Under the pieces are notes generated by a model, which made no database searches, had not been told where the DNA came from, and saw only the letters and a list, made by a program, of their open reading frames with translations. The position numbers and the translations under genes were made by a program. A stretch of DNA of 64,000 nucleotides from Gammaproteobacteria bacterium (GTDB lineage: Bacteria > Pseudomonadota > Gammaproteobacteria > JBCCGL01): the NCBI GenBank assembly GCA_965277715.1, contig OZ255836.1, positions 4,064,001-4,128,000 on the forward strand, in the 5' to 3' direction. This document shows, in pieces, positions 8,138 through 17,161 of the stretch; positions within the stretch are counted from its first letter, which is position 1, and each line of letters starts with the position of its first letter.

Positions 8138-9097
8138 ATGTTATTCATCACTAACCGATCACCACAGGGTTCAATCCGTACAAAAAAGGGTCGAGCATAC
8201 AAATTTGATTTGAATAAAAATTCACCATCAAATTCAGTTTATTATTGCGAACGACTGGGTAAAGACGACTATATTGAAATAGGGTCAAGTGAACTGATGT
8301 CAAAACTTAAGGAGAGTAGAGCACAGCAAATATTATTTTTTCTCCATGGTTTCTCTAATTTGCCTGAGCCGGATATATTTCCAAGAGTGGCGCAGTTACA
8401 GCGATACTTTGATTTAAAAGAACCCGATTTAGTACAGGTGGTTCCATTAATATGGCCTTGTGATAATGATTTTGGCATTGTAAAAGATTACTGGGACGAC
8501 CAGAAATCAGCAGATAAAAGTGCGTTTTCATTCGCTCGTGTTCTACAGTTATTTATGGCGTGGAGAGATAAAACACCAGAAGATGAGCCGTGTCTTAAAC
8601 GCATTAATATACTCGCTCACTCCATGGGGAATAGGGTATTTAGAGAAACGCTTTCAGTATGGAATCGATGCGATTTGGCAAACGGCGTTCCATTGCTGTT
8701 TAGAAACACCATTTTAATGGCGGCGGATATTGTTAACGAATCACTCGAAGACGGTCAAGAGGGCCTCTTGATCAGTCGTGTGTCTAGAAATGTGTCCGTA
8801 TATTATGCATCTGATGATCTTGCACTTAGGTCAAGTAAACTATCCAATTTGAAAAACAAGGTCGCTTCAAGGCGACTTGGGCACACCGGCCCTGAGGACA
8901 TGAATAAAGTTAAATCCAATGTCTATGCAATTGATTGCGACAATTTTAATAATAAATATGATAGGCCAAAAGGGCACGCTTATTTTTTGGGTGATGGGGG
9001 TGGTGAAGTTGGGCAGGTATTCGAGCATATGTTCAATACAATAAAGACAGGTAGGGTTTCTGTCGATGACAAAATAAATAGAAAACACATACTTTGA
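8138..9097 (+). CDS. Alpha/beta hydrolase (DUF900-like), AT-rich
   Basis: FFLHGF, LIWP, nucleophile elbow AHSMGNR, AADI, DLAL..S, RLG..GP, H..YF. Confidence 0.85.
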   Translation: MLFITNRSPQGSIRTKKGRAYKFDLNKNSPSNSVYYCERLGKDDYIEIGSSELMSKLKESRAQQILFFLHGFSNLPEPDIFPRVAQLQRYFDLKEPDLVQVVPLIWPCDNDFGIVKDYWDDQKSADKSAFSFARVLQLFMAWRDKTPEDEPCLKRINILAHSMGNRVFRETLSVWNRCDLANGVPLLFRNTILMAADIVNESLEDGQEGLLISRVSRNVSVYYASDDLALRSSKLSNLKNKVASRRLGHTGPEDMNKVKSNVYAIDCDNFNNKYDRPKGHAYFLGDGGGEVGQVFEHMFNTIKTGRVSVDDKINRKHIL

Positions 9098-9156
9098 AGA
9101 ACGCTAACATAAATACGGTTAAAAAATACATTCACGAGCGTTATTGAAAGACAACT

Positions 9157-9206
9157 CTCACCCCAACTCCTCTGCCTGAGGGTGAGGGGCTTTTAAGGCG
9201 CTCTCT
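9157..9206 (+). repeat. REP-like repeat, copy 1 (CTCACCCCAAC..CTC...GAGGG family)
   Basis: About 40/50 identical, by eye, to the reverse complement of 57122-57171. Confidence 0.7.
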
Positions 9207-9349
9207 CTGAGAGAAGGCGATAGTATTTAGTTTTGTGGTTTGGCTGTTAAACACTCCCCATCCTACGGTCTCTGGAGCGAAGAGGCAGCGTCAGACGGTT
9301 CTTTAAAGTGTTTACAACTGTCTTAGGCAGGAGGATATTCACGAACAGA

Positions 9350-9546
9350 ACAAAGACGTTAGGCTATTTGTAGCAAAAGTGGGCTGTGGACTGGCTCAGG
9401 AAGATACGTTTGCAGTTACATGATTTGTTTGCCTATAGACGGGCAGGAATAGGCGAGGGTTTGTCTGATGGGAGCGGTATGAATCGAGAGGTTCACGTAC
9501 CGTTTTGCGAGGGGCTGCGGGGGGAGGTTCCCGCAGCCTACTCACC
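9350..9546 (+). mobile_element. Group II intron remnant: decayed RT/maturase C-terminus plus domains V and VI
   Basis: DV GAGCGGTATGAATC-GAGA-GGTTCACGTACCGTTT (9472-9505); DVI GAGGGGCTGCGGG..CCCGCAGCCTACTC with bulged A, then AC(C); upstream WLRKIRLQLHDLFAY resembles a maturase end. Confidence 0.85.
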
Positions 9547-9582
9547 TGCGGGTTCGGTGCGGACACCGAATTTCGATACATA

Positions 9583-9623
9583 ATCCTAAATTCCGCAGTA
9601 GATTCAACTGAGGAATTTAGGAT
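9583..9623. repeat. Palindromic copy of the dispersed CAACTGCGGAATTTAGG repeat
   Basis: ATCCTAAATTCCGCAGT-AGATTCA-ACTGAGGAATTTAGGAT, 16/17-bp arms. Confidence 0.85.
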
Positions 9624-9683
9624 AATTACCATCTGAACCATTAACCCCTTTACCTTTAATAACATCCGGGTATATTGGCAAGT

Positions 9684-10553
9684 ATGAATGACAACATCGC
9701 GCACCTACCGGAATCCAAACAGGACGAGCTAAGACGTATTGCCGAAGTAGTGCGCAAAGAATGCGATAACGTGGAAATGGTTGTTCTATTTGGCTCCTAT
9801 GCGCGTGGCGACTGGAAGGACGGCCCGCACGAACAGGGTCGGGGCCGAATGCTTATTCATAAAAAAAGTGACTACGATATTCTTGCTATTACCCGCAACG
9901 AGTACATTGCCAAAGATGTCACGCTTTGGCACAAGATCAAAGATGAATGCACCAAGCTGAACGTCAGCGCCTATGTTCGCATTCTCGCCCGTGATATTGA
10001 GTTTATTAATTACAAGCTTCATCAGGGACAGTACTTTTTTACCGAGATCATACAACAGGGTATCGCGCTTTATGACAGTGGAAATGTAGAGCTGGATGAA
10101 AAGCGACCGCTTGACCCTGCTGAAGAAAAGCGGATCATTCAAGCGGATTTGGATGAGGCTTTTTCAGCCGCTAAAGAATTTTATGAAGGCTGCGAATGGA
10201 ATATGACAAAAGAGTACTTCAAGAGAGCTGCTTTCAATCTTCATCAGGCGTGTGAACATGCCTACAAAACTATTCTGCTGATTTTTGCAGGAGAAAGCCC
10301 ACAAGAACACCATCTGAATGTTTTGGGCGATATGGCGGCAGACTACTGCCCAGATTTAGTTGGTGTAATACCCCGTGAAACCCCCGAACAAAAAGCGCTG
10401 TTTGAATTGTTGGACTATGCGTATATTGGTGCTCGTTATGATCGGAGTTATAAAATTACCCAAGAGCAGTTGGCAGTTTTGATTCCCTGTGTGAAAAAAC
10501 TGCATGAAGTGGTCGAGAAATGTAGTAGTGAGCGTATGGCGGGTTTTTGTTGA
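9684..10553 (+). CDS. Fused minimal nucleotidyltransferase (MNT)-HEPN protein
   Basis: VLFGSYARGDW...SDYDIL (Pol-beta-type NTase), then HEPN AAFNLHQACEHAYK...HHL..L...AYIGARY. Confidence 0.88.
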   Translation: MNDNIAHLPESKQDELRRIAEVVRKECDNVEMVVLFGSYARGDWKDGPHEQGRGRMLIHKKSDYDILAITRNEYIAKDVTLWHKIKDECTKLNVSAYVRILARDIEFINYKLHQGQYFFTEIIQQGIALYDSGNVELDEKRPLDPAEEKRIIQADLDEAFSAAKEFYEGCEWNMTKEYFKRAAFNLHQACEHAYKTILLIFAGESPQEHHLNVLGDMAADYCPDLVGVIPRETPEQKALFELLDYAYIGARYDRSYKITQEQLAVLIPCVKKLHEVVEKCSSERMAGFC

Positions 10554-10574
10554 TATATTGTCGATTGCATTTAT

Positions 10575-11294
10575 TTAATCTTTCAGCCAATCCGCATATG
10601 CCTCGACATCAATCATTGGTACCGTCCCGGCCATTTGTAATTGGGAGATCAGGCGAAATAGAAAACCCGTAGCTGCTGTTCTATCAGTATTGATCTGATA
10701 TTTATCTGTTTTTTGATTCAAATAAAAAAAACCGTGTGAAGCAATACAGCCTAAATCAAGGTGTCCGCCCTCACTAGAACTGAGCGATTTGTCAAAGGAG
10801 TCACCGAATGGCGGTTTCCACTCAGATTCAAAAGTCAGCATCCCACCCAAGATGTGGAACGGTTTTTTTGCCGGATATTTACCTCCAGCGTGTGGGATGG
10901 GTAAACTTGTTCGCTTCAGCCTACGAACGCTTGCAATTTTTTCCCGAGAATAAGCGACGAGGCTTGCATTCATTGTCTGCTTGGCTTCAAAAACACCGTA
11001 TACACTCTCAGCAGGGATGACCGTTGAGCCTTTGAATTTTTGAATAAATGGTGAGTATTGGCGATCAAAGATCACGACATCTATCTGATCGCTAAAGGTT
11101 CCCTCGCTATCTACAACGTGAGCTTTCTTTGCGTGATACCTAGCCGGAAGGTATTCCTGAAGCAACTCAAGCCAGACGCCTTCACTAGCATCTCCTTTCT
11201 CTGAAGGATGACCAATGCCCCTAGCTCGACACAACTGCCCCTGAATGTCGCTGTGCAGATGACCCAAGATTGTTTTGAGATTCCACTCTGTCAT
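10575..11294 (-). CDS. nucC: NucC cyclic-oligonucleotide-activated endonuclease
   Basis: HP..KGDASEGVW, YLPARY, SDQIDVVIFDRQYSPF, PAESVYGVFEAKQ (ID..EAK active site), RTSLPIPHAGG, GTVPMID. Confidence 0.93.
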   Translation of the reverse strand: MTEWNLKTILGHLHSDIQGQLCRARGIGHPSEKGDASEGVWLELLQEYLPARYHAKKAHVVDSEGTFSDQIDVVIFDRQYSPFIQKFKGSTVIPAESVYGVFEAKQTMNASLVAYSREKIASVRRLKRTSLPIPHAGGKYPAKKPFHILGGMLTFESEWKPPFGDSFDKSLSSSEGGHLDLGCIASHGFFYLNQKTDKYQINTDRTAATGFLFRLISQLQMAGTVPMIDVEAYADWLKD

Positions 11295-11521
11295 ACTGGC
11301 ATGTCCTCTATTTTCTTTTCAATACGTATGGGTTGCGGGCTAGTAAATATCTAAATGGGGTGTGAAGTATGAAATCCCACTCAAATGCTACCACCGTCAG
11401 CGAAAATGGGAAGCATGACATTTTACCTAATAAGACCTAAATAATGGGCTTATTTTAGCTTGTTTTGACCGGCTCTTTCCATAATCACTGTACGCCAGTA
11501 TCAACAGGGATAGCTGTCGAG

Positions 11522-11587
11522 TCAGGTACGTTTTTGCACATGGCTTAGCGCCAATCCGGCCAACAGTGCCAGGCCCATCATCCTCAT
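11522..11587 (-). pseudogene. Signal-peptide stub of a truncated gene coupled to mshE
   Basis: TAATG overlap with the mshE stop; MRMMGLALLAGLALSHVQKRT*. Confidence 0.4.
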
Positions 11588-13341
11588 TAATCCACATCAC
11601 TGGTGACGCGAATCACTTCGTCGATGGTGGTGACGCCCTGCTGTGCCATGTGCAGGGCACGACGCGACAGGTTGGTGTAGTCCTGCTGTTGTCCGATGGC
11701 GTGGGTGAACCTGCGCAGGTCATCGTTGCGCAGCGCGACTTTGGCGTCGTGGCCGAGGATTAACAGTTCGTAGGTGCCGGTTCGACCGTCGAATCCGCTA
11801 TTGTTACAGCGTGGGCAACCGTCGCCACGAAAAAACGACAGGGTGTTGCTGTCCAGATCGGGGAACAGGGTTTCCAGCCACACGTGCTGGGCATCCTCAA
11901 TGCTGTGCGGTACTCGGCACTTTTCACAAATGCGGCGCACCAGGCGCTGCGCCAGAATACCGGAGAGCGAGGTCGCCAGCAGGTATCCTTTGGCGCCAAT
12001 GTCGATCAGGCGGGCGATGGTACTGGCGGCACTGTTGGTGTGCAGGGTGGACATCACCAGGTGCCCGGTGATCGATGCGCGCACGCCTATCTCGGCAGTT
12101 TCCAGGTCGTGCATTTCACCGATCAGGAGCACATCCGGGTCCTGGCGTAGCGCGGTACGCAGCACCCGTGAAAATGTCAGGCCAATTTTTTCGTTGATCT
12201 GCACCTGATTGATCCGCGCCATTTGGTTTTCGATGGGATCTTCGACAGTAATGATTTTTCGATCCGGTGTGTTCAATTCCTGTAGGCAGGAATACAGGGT
12301 GGTGGTTTTACCGCTGCCCGTTGGCCCGGTGACCAATATCAGGCCGTGGGGTTGATTGATCAGACGGCGGAGTTTTTTGATCATACCCGTGGGTATGCCG
12401 AGCTGATCCAGCGTCAGTTGCCCGGCGGTTTGGTCGAGCAGCCGCATGACCACTGATTCACCGTGCTGCACGGGCATGGTTGAGAGCCGCACATCGAGGT
12501 TGTGGCGTTTTACTTTGATATGGAAACGGCCATCCTGTGGCAGGCGCTTTTCTGCAATATCCAGTTGCGCGAGGATTTTCAGGCGTTGTACCAGCGCCGG
12601 GGCAATGCGTGTTTCACTGACAATGTGTTCATTCAGTATGCCATCGACGCGTTGGCGTAGGCGCAATACCTGCTCGTCTGGCTCGATATGAATATCGGAG
12701 GCGCCCGCGTGTACGGCGTCTTCAAACATGGATTGCAGCAGTCGGAATACCGGGGTTTCAGAGGTTTTGGCACTGCGTATCAGCTCGTCGAGGTCGAGCT
12801 TGATACCACTGGCAGATAACTGCTCGTCGAGTGCTTCAGCGAGGCTGTCGATTTCCTCTGTGCGCCGGTAAACGCTGTCGATACTGTGCAAAACATCGGT
12901 TTCGCGCACCACTGCCTGGTGCACACGGCGCTTTAGCTGGCGGCTGATTTCATCAAAGGCGTACAGGTTGGTGGGGTCGGCCATGCCCACCAGCGCCTGT
13001 GTGTCATCCATCTCCAGCACCAGGGCGCGGAAGCGGCGCGCCGTGCTCTCGGGCAGTTTTTTGACGGTTCCGGTATCGAGCTTGTAATCGACCAGTTCTA
13101 TAAACGGTATTTTGAGCTGCTGCGAGAGAAAATTGAGCAGATGGGTTTCCTGGATAATACCCAGTTCGATCAGTGTGTTACCGAGTTTGTTGCCGGTTTT
13201 TTCCTGCTCGACGAGGGCGCTTTGCAGTTGTGTCTGTGAAATGATTTCGTTCTGCACCAGCATATCGCCAAGGCGCAGTTTCTTTGCCAGTGGGGCTGTT
13301 TTTCCGTGGGTAATTAAACCGGGCGTTATTTCAGAGGTCAT
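11587..13341 (-). CDS. mshE: MshE/PilB/GspE-family pilus assembly ATPase with N-terminal MshEN domain
   Basis: RLGDMLV..IIS..QL..AL..Q...KLG.TLIELGII (MshEN), ASDIHIEP, GPTGSGKTT, RQDPD, LHTN, Zn-binding CxxC pairs. Confidence 0.85.
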   Translation of the reverse strand: MTSEITPGLITHGKTAPLAKKLRLGDMLVQNEIISQTQLQSALVEQEKTGNKLGNTLIELGIIQETHLLNFLSQQLKIPFIELVDYKLDTGTVKKLPESTARRFRALVLEMDDTQALVGMADPTNLYAFDEISRQLKRRVHQAVVRETDVLHSIDSVYRRTEEIDSLAEALDEQLSASGIKLDLDELIRSAKTSETPVFRLLQSMFEDAVHAGASDIHIEPDEQVLRLRQRVDGILNEHIVSETRIAPALVQRLKILAQLDIAEKRLPQDGRFHIKVKRHNLDVRLSTMPVQHGESVVMRLLDQTAGQLTLDQLGIPTGMIKKLRRLINQPHGLILVTGPTGSGKTTTLYSCLQELNTPDRKIITVEDPIENQMARINQVQINEKIGLTFSRVLRTALRQDPDVLLIGEMHDLETAEIGVRASITGHLVMSTLHTNSAASTIARLIDIGAKGYLLATSLSGILAQRLVRRICEKCRVPHSIEDAQHVWLETLFPDLDSNTLSFFRGDGCPRCNNSGFDGRTGTYELLILGHDAKVALRNDDLRRFTHAIGQQQDYTNLSRRALHMAQQGVTTIDEVIRVTSDVD

Positions 13342-13705
13342 GGCGTTATGCTTTTGATCGTGGTGTTTATGGCGTCTACACGCCGCTGTGCGTGGCGGCG
13401 TAATTCAACCGACAGGTAAGGGGTGCTGAATACTGTTGCTGTATCTGGGATCACTGCCAGCGCTGCCGGTAGGCGAGGTGTCTGCGGTATTGTGCCCGGT
13501 ATTGTGCCTGTCCCGACAAAGTAGTCCCGACAAAGTATTTTGCATCGTCGAATACCTGTTGGGCCGGTTTATCCGGGGCCATACTGAGGCAATGCGCTTC
13601 GAGCAATTGGGGTTGCGCGTTTTTGCCGTGCTCGATCACGACCGTCAGCGCGTTGTCCTGAATACTCAAGCCAACCTGAAGTGTGTTGTTGCGCCGTTTA
13701 AACAA
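13338..13705 (-). pseudogene. Fused remnants: MshI/PilM-like 5' fragment plus a 3' fragment resembling the MshN C-terminus
   Basis: MFKRRNNTLQVGLSIQDNALTVV...PQLL truncates at 13451. A second frame PYLSVELRRHAQRRVDAINTTIKSITP* ends in an ATGA overlap with the mshE start. Confidence 0.5.
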
Positions 13706-13876
13706 TGTTGTCGTCCAGAAAATTATCGATAAGCCTACTGATTATCTATAACGGCCATCGCGGTAGTAGGTTTAACCTATTTTTCAGGTCTGGTCGCTCG
13801 TCTAACAAGACGTGACTGAAGATCGATAGATTCTGTGTTTGTCTGCATGAAGAGAATATGCCGTGAAATTCCTTGA

Positions 13877-13891
13877 TCAAAAATTGTGCCA
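13877..13891 (-). promoter_or_regulatory. Possible sigma54 promoter for the msh remnant
   Basis: TGGCACAATTTTTGA on the minus strand; the -12 element is imperfect. Confidence 0.3.
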
Positions 13892-13972
13892 GGTGCGTCA
13901 TTGTTCGGGGTGTGCGGGGAATCGCTATTGGAGGCTGCGCAGAGCAGATAAGCACGTGTCTACGGCATGGCT

Positions 13973-14038
13973 GTTAGGTCAGATTGGATTAGGCTACGTT
14001 AGGGTAGGTCGGGTGAGATTTAAGCCGGGTGAGGTTTA
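13973..14038 (+). repeat. Degenerate pentanucleotide tandem repeat (RTYAG-like)
   Basis: gttag gtcag attgg attag gctac gttag ggtag gtcgg gtgag attta... Confidence 0.6.
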
Positions 14039-14040
14039 AA

Positions 14041-14943
14041 CTAGGCCAAATCGGCCTCGGTTTTGTAATCGAGTAAAAACTGGAGGAAGGTATTGGCTAC
14101 CCGCGACAGCTGTTTGCCCTTCATATAACCGACATACCAGCGCCGCAATAGCGGGAAAGCCTCAACATCAAGAGTGATAAGCTGGCCCGTTTTAAGTTCG
14201 GTGTGCAAATTATTGGTAGACAGAATAGACAGGCCCAGCCCTGCCATTGAGCCTTGCTTGATCGCCTCGGTACTGCCCAGCTCCATATAGGGCTCTACAC
14301 TGAGTTGGTGTTCGGTGAAGATACGCGTGACTGCCAGGCGCGTTCCCGAGCCTTGTTCGCGCATCAGCAAACGCTCTTTGGTGATACGCCGCAAGGGGAT
14401 ATTTTTTTCACTGGCCAATGGGTGTTGTGGGTTGGCGACTACTACCAGTGGGTTATCCATAAAAGGGTAGGCTTGCATTTCCATCGAATCGGGGATTTTT
14501 CCCATAATCACCAGGTCATCGCTGTTGTCGTTGAGCCGTTCGATGAGCTTGGCGCGGTTGACGACCACCATACTCGGCTCGACTTGTGGGTACGCCTGGA
14601 CAAAACGGCCCAGCAGATGCGGCATAAAGTGCTCGGCGGTGGTGACGACAGACAAGCGCAATTTGCCCTTGATAGAACCCTGTAACTCACCAATCGCTGC
14701 ACTCAGGTGATCGATGCGTTCGAGTATGTCGATACAGGCGGCGTGCATTTCTTTACCGGCATCGGTAAGGTAGTTACGCTTGCCGATTTTTTCAAATAAT
14801 GGCAGGCCAATATTATCTTCCAGGCGTTTAACCTGAATGGAGATAGCGGGCTGTGTGAGGTGCATCTCCCTGGCGGCACGGGTAAAACTGGCGTGCCGGG
14901 CCACCGCGTCGAATACTTTCATTTGTTGAAGGGTGAGGTGCAT
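14041..14943 (-). CDS. cbbR: CbbR-like LysR regulator
   Basis: MHLTLQQMKVF...SFTRAAREMHLTQPAIS; CbbR-type NR..LIERL.DN.DDLVIMG, REQGSGTR, STEAIKQ..MAGLG. Confidence 0.8.
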   Translation of the reverse strand: MHLTLQQMKVFDAVARHASFTRAAREMHLTQPAISIQVKRLEDNIGLPLFEKIGKRNYLTDAGKEMHAACIDILERIDHLSAAIGELQGSIKGKLRLSVVTTAEHFMPHLLGRFVQAYPQVEPSMVVVNRAKLIERLNDNSDDLVIMGKIPDSMEMQAYPFMDNPLVVVANPQHPLASEKNIPLRRITKERLLMREQGSGTRLAVTRIFTEHQLSVEPYMELGSTEAIKQGSMAGLGLSILSTNNLHTELKTGQLITLDVEAFPLLRRWYVGYMKGKQLSRVANTFLQFLLDYKTEADLA

Positions 14944-14949
14944 GGTTTA

Positions 14950-15003
14950 AAATTAACATAATTTTATTAGCTTTATAAAATTTATTATTTTTGTTTATGA
15001 TAA
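14950..15003. promoter_or_regulatory. AT-rich divergent promoter with probable LysR (T-N11-A) sites
   Basis: cataattttattagctttataaaatttattatttttgtttatga between cbbR and rpe. Confidence 0.5.
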
Positions 15004-15053
15004 GTTTGCCCAGAACGCCTATTTACTTACCGTCAACGATGAGAAACACCTGT

Positions 15054-15734
15054 ATGAATAAAGACGTGATCGCGCCCTCAATCCTCGCCGCTAACTTTGC
15101 CCGCCTGGGTGAAGAGGTCGACAACGTACTCGCCTCTGGCGCTGATATGGTGCACTTTGATGTGATGGATAATCACTATGTACCTAACCTCACGATTGGC
15201 CCGCTGGTGTGTGAGGCCTTGCGTAAACACGGTGTACAGGCACCTATCGATGTTCATTTAATGGTCAAGCCGGTTGACCGTATCATCCCCGATTTTGCCA
15301 AAGCAGGTGCCAGCTATATCACCTTTCACCCGGAGGCCAGCGAGCATATCGACCGCAGTCTACAACTGATCCGTGAGTGCGGTTGTAAATCGGGGCTGGT
15401 ATTCAACCCCGCCACATCACTGGATTATCTGGATTACGTACTCGATAAAGTGGATATGGTGTTATTGATGTCGGTTAACCCCGGATTTGGCGGGCAGCAG
15501 TTTATACCCTCGACGCTGGACAAACTGCGGCGGGTGCGCAAGATCATCGACGCCAGTGACCACCCGATTCGTCTTGAAGTGGACGGTGGTGTGAAGATCG
15601 ATAACATCGCTGAAATAGCCGCAGCGGGGGTGGATACGTTTGTCGCCGGTTCGGCGGTCTTTGGTGCTGGGCGAGATGCGGATCCCCATCGCTACGATAC
15701 GGTTATTGGGCAGTTTCGGGAACAGTTGGGGTAG
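15054..15734 (+). CDS. rpe: Ribulose-phosphate 3-epimerase (Rpe/CbbE)
   Basis: [50 protein letters not shown]. Confidence 0.95.
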   Translation: MNKDVIAPSILAANFARLGEEVDNVLASGADMVHFDVMDNHYVPNLTIGPLVCEALRKHGVQAPIDVHLMVKPVDRIIPDFAKAGASYITFHPEASEHIDRSLQLIRECGCKSGLVFNPATSLDYLDYVLDKVDMVLLMSVNPGFGGQQFIPSTLDKLRRVRKIIDASDHPIRLEVDGGVKIDNIAEIAAAGVDTFVAGSAVFGAGRDADPHRYDTVIGQFREQLG

Positions 15735-15906
15735 CTTGGTGCTGGTAGGGGAGGAATAGCGTGAGCGGGTGCTTATATCAGTGGTTCGGTTCGTGTACCC
15801 TGATTTTCTCAAACAACCAGTTCCTGAATTTTTGCAACTGTCGGTTTGATCGTATGCATGTCTTACGCCGTGCCATTCAATCATAGTCGAAAAGATAAAT
15901 TGACAA

Positions 15907-16554
15907 ATGCACAACGTCTTACAATTTCAAGAAGACATACTGAAGGGTGAAAGTGCCGCTTGGGAGCATTCAATATCAGACAAGGGACAGGTTTATACCC
16001 GCCCGGAAGTTGTCGAGTTCATGCTTACCGCATTGGGTTTGAACACATGCGATGATTTTAAAAATACCCGTATTCTTGAACCATCGTGTGGTGAAGGTGA
16101 GTTTGTCGTCGCCATTGTAGACAGGCTTGTCAACCTTCCGAAAAACCGTCCTACTGTTAAACAACTTGGCGGTAAGCTGCTCGCGATAGACCTTGTGGCA
16201 AGCAGCCTTGAAATAACCAAGAAGAAGGTGGCCACATTACTTGAAACAAGAGGTTATAGTACTATTGAAGTAACCTTATTGCTGAATCAATGGTTTCTAT
16301 CGACTGACTTTCTACTTGCAGATATAACACCGGGTTTTACACATGTTATTGGTAACCCTCCGTATATCAGGGTTGAAAATATTCCTAAAAGTCTTTTAAA
16401 CGAATATAGAAGACAGTTTGCGACAATGACTGATCGTGCTGATTTGTATATTCCATTTTATGAAAAGTGCCTTTCACTGTTAAAAGATAATGGAAGACTC
16501 TCATTTATCTGTACAGATCGCTGGACAAAAAACACCTATGGTAAGAGATGTTAA
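15907..16554 (+). pseudogene. 3'-truncated N6-adenine DNA methyltransferase (Eco57I/TaqI-like, XhoI/PaeR7I type)
   Basis: GQVYT, ILEPSCGEGEF (motif I), GNPPYIR (motif IV), RADLYIPFYE; stops abruptly after RWTKNTYG with no target-recognition domain and no REase. Confidence 0.8.
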
Positions 16555-16646
16555 GGGAGATTTTCCAGTTTCGCTGCACCCCCGGCTGCGCTTCAAGTGG
16601 GGCTGATTACAAGGCGTGAGGCATAATAAACACAAGAGGAAAAACC

Positions 16647-17075
16647 ATGATTGAAATTATTGCAACTTTATGCGCCGGTACTTTTTTCGGTGCCGCCGTA
16701 TATATAAACCTTGCTCAACATCCGGCCACGTTGGAAACGGGAGGTGAATTCGCGGGTAAATTTTTTCCACCAATGTACGCCAAAGCGTCTGTATTACAAA
16801 TTGCTCTTGCACTTTGTGGTACAGCTCTAGGTGTCATTTCCTGGTTTCTTTCTGATGATACATACTGGCTTATCGGTGCTGTTTTTCTTGTGTCAGTTGT
16901 TCCGATTACACTACTCTTTATCAAACAAATAAACGATCAGCTACTACACCCTAAGCACCAACTTAAACCGGAAGAGGTAATCGCTTTACTTGCGCAGTGG
17001 AACCCTAGGCATTGGGTTAGAACAGGCGTTAGTCTTGTCGCTTTTGTTTGTTATCTTTTAGCCGTTGCAGGGTGA
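16647..17075 (+). CDS. DUF1772-family membrane protein, cassette-like
   Basis: Four TM segments, GAAVYINLAQHPA, IN..LL, W...HWVRT; RBS AGAGGA. Confidence 0.8.
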   Translation: MIEIIATLCAGTFFGAAVYINLAQHPATLETGGEFAGKFFPPMYAKASVLQIALALCGTALGVISWFLSDDTYWLIGAVFLVSVVPITLLFIKQINDQLLHPKHQLKPEEVIALLAQWNPRHWVRTGVSLVAFVCYLLAVAG

Positions 17076-17115
17076 GCCGTACCAAGCAGGACTATTAAAT
17101 TTTCTACCGTTGATC

Positions 17116-17161
17116 GCCGGGCGCCCAACTACTGCGCTCGCCGTTTATGGCAGCGTTAGGC
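17116..17161 (+). other. Degenerate attC-like site (right half)
   Basis: CGCCGGGCGC..CTACT..GCGCTCGCCG hairpin, then TTTATGGCAGC GTTAGGC (GTTRRRY core). A similar end GCGTGAGGCA lies at 16614-16623. Confidence 0.45.

Noticed and set aside
8111-9125. DUF900 hydrolase as an integron cassette (GTTAACC upstream, GCTAAC/GGTTAA downstream)
   Set aside because: Core sites deviate from GTTRRRY/RYYYAAC and there is no attC hairpin; only the AT-richness suggests foreign origin.
9386-9704. ORFs 9386-9583 (+) and 9396-9704 (-)
   Set aside because: They run through intron DV/DVI and a palindrome; spurious apart from the short maturase remnant.
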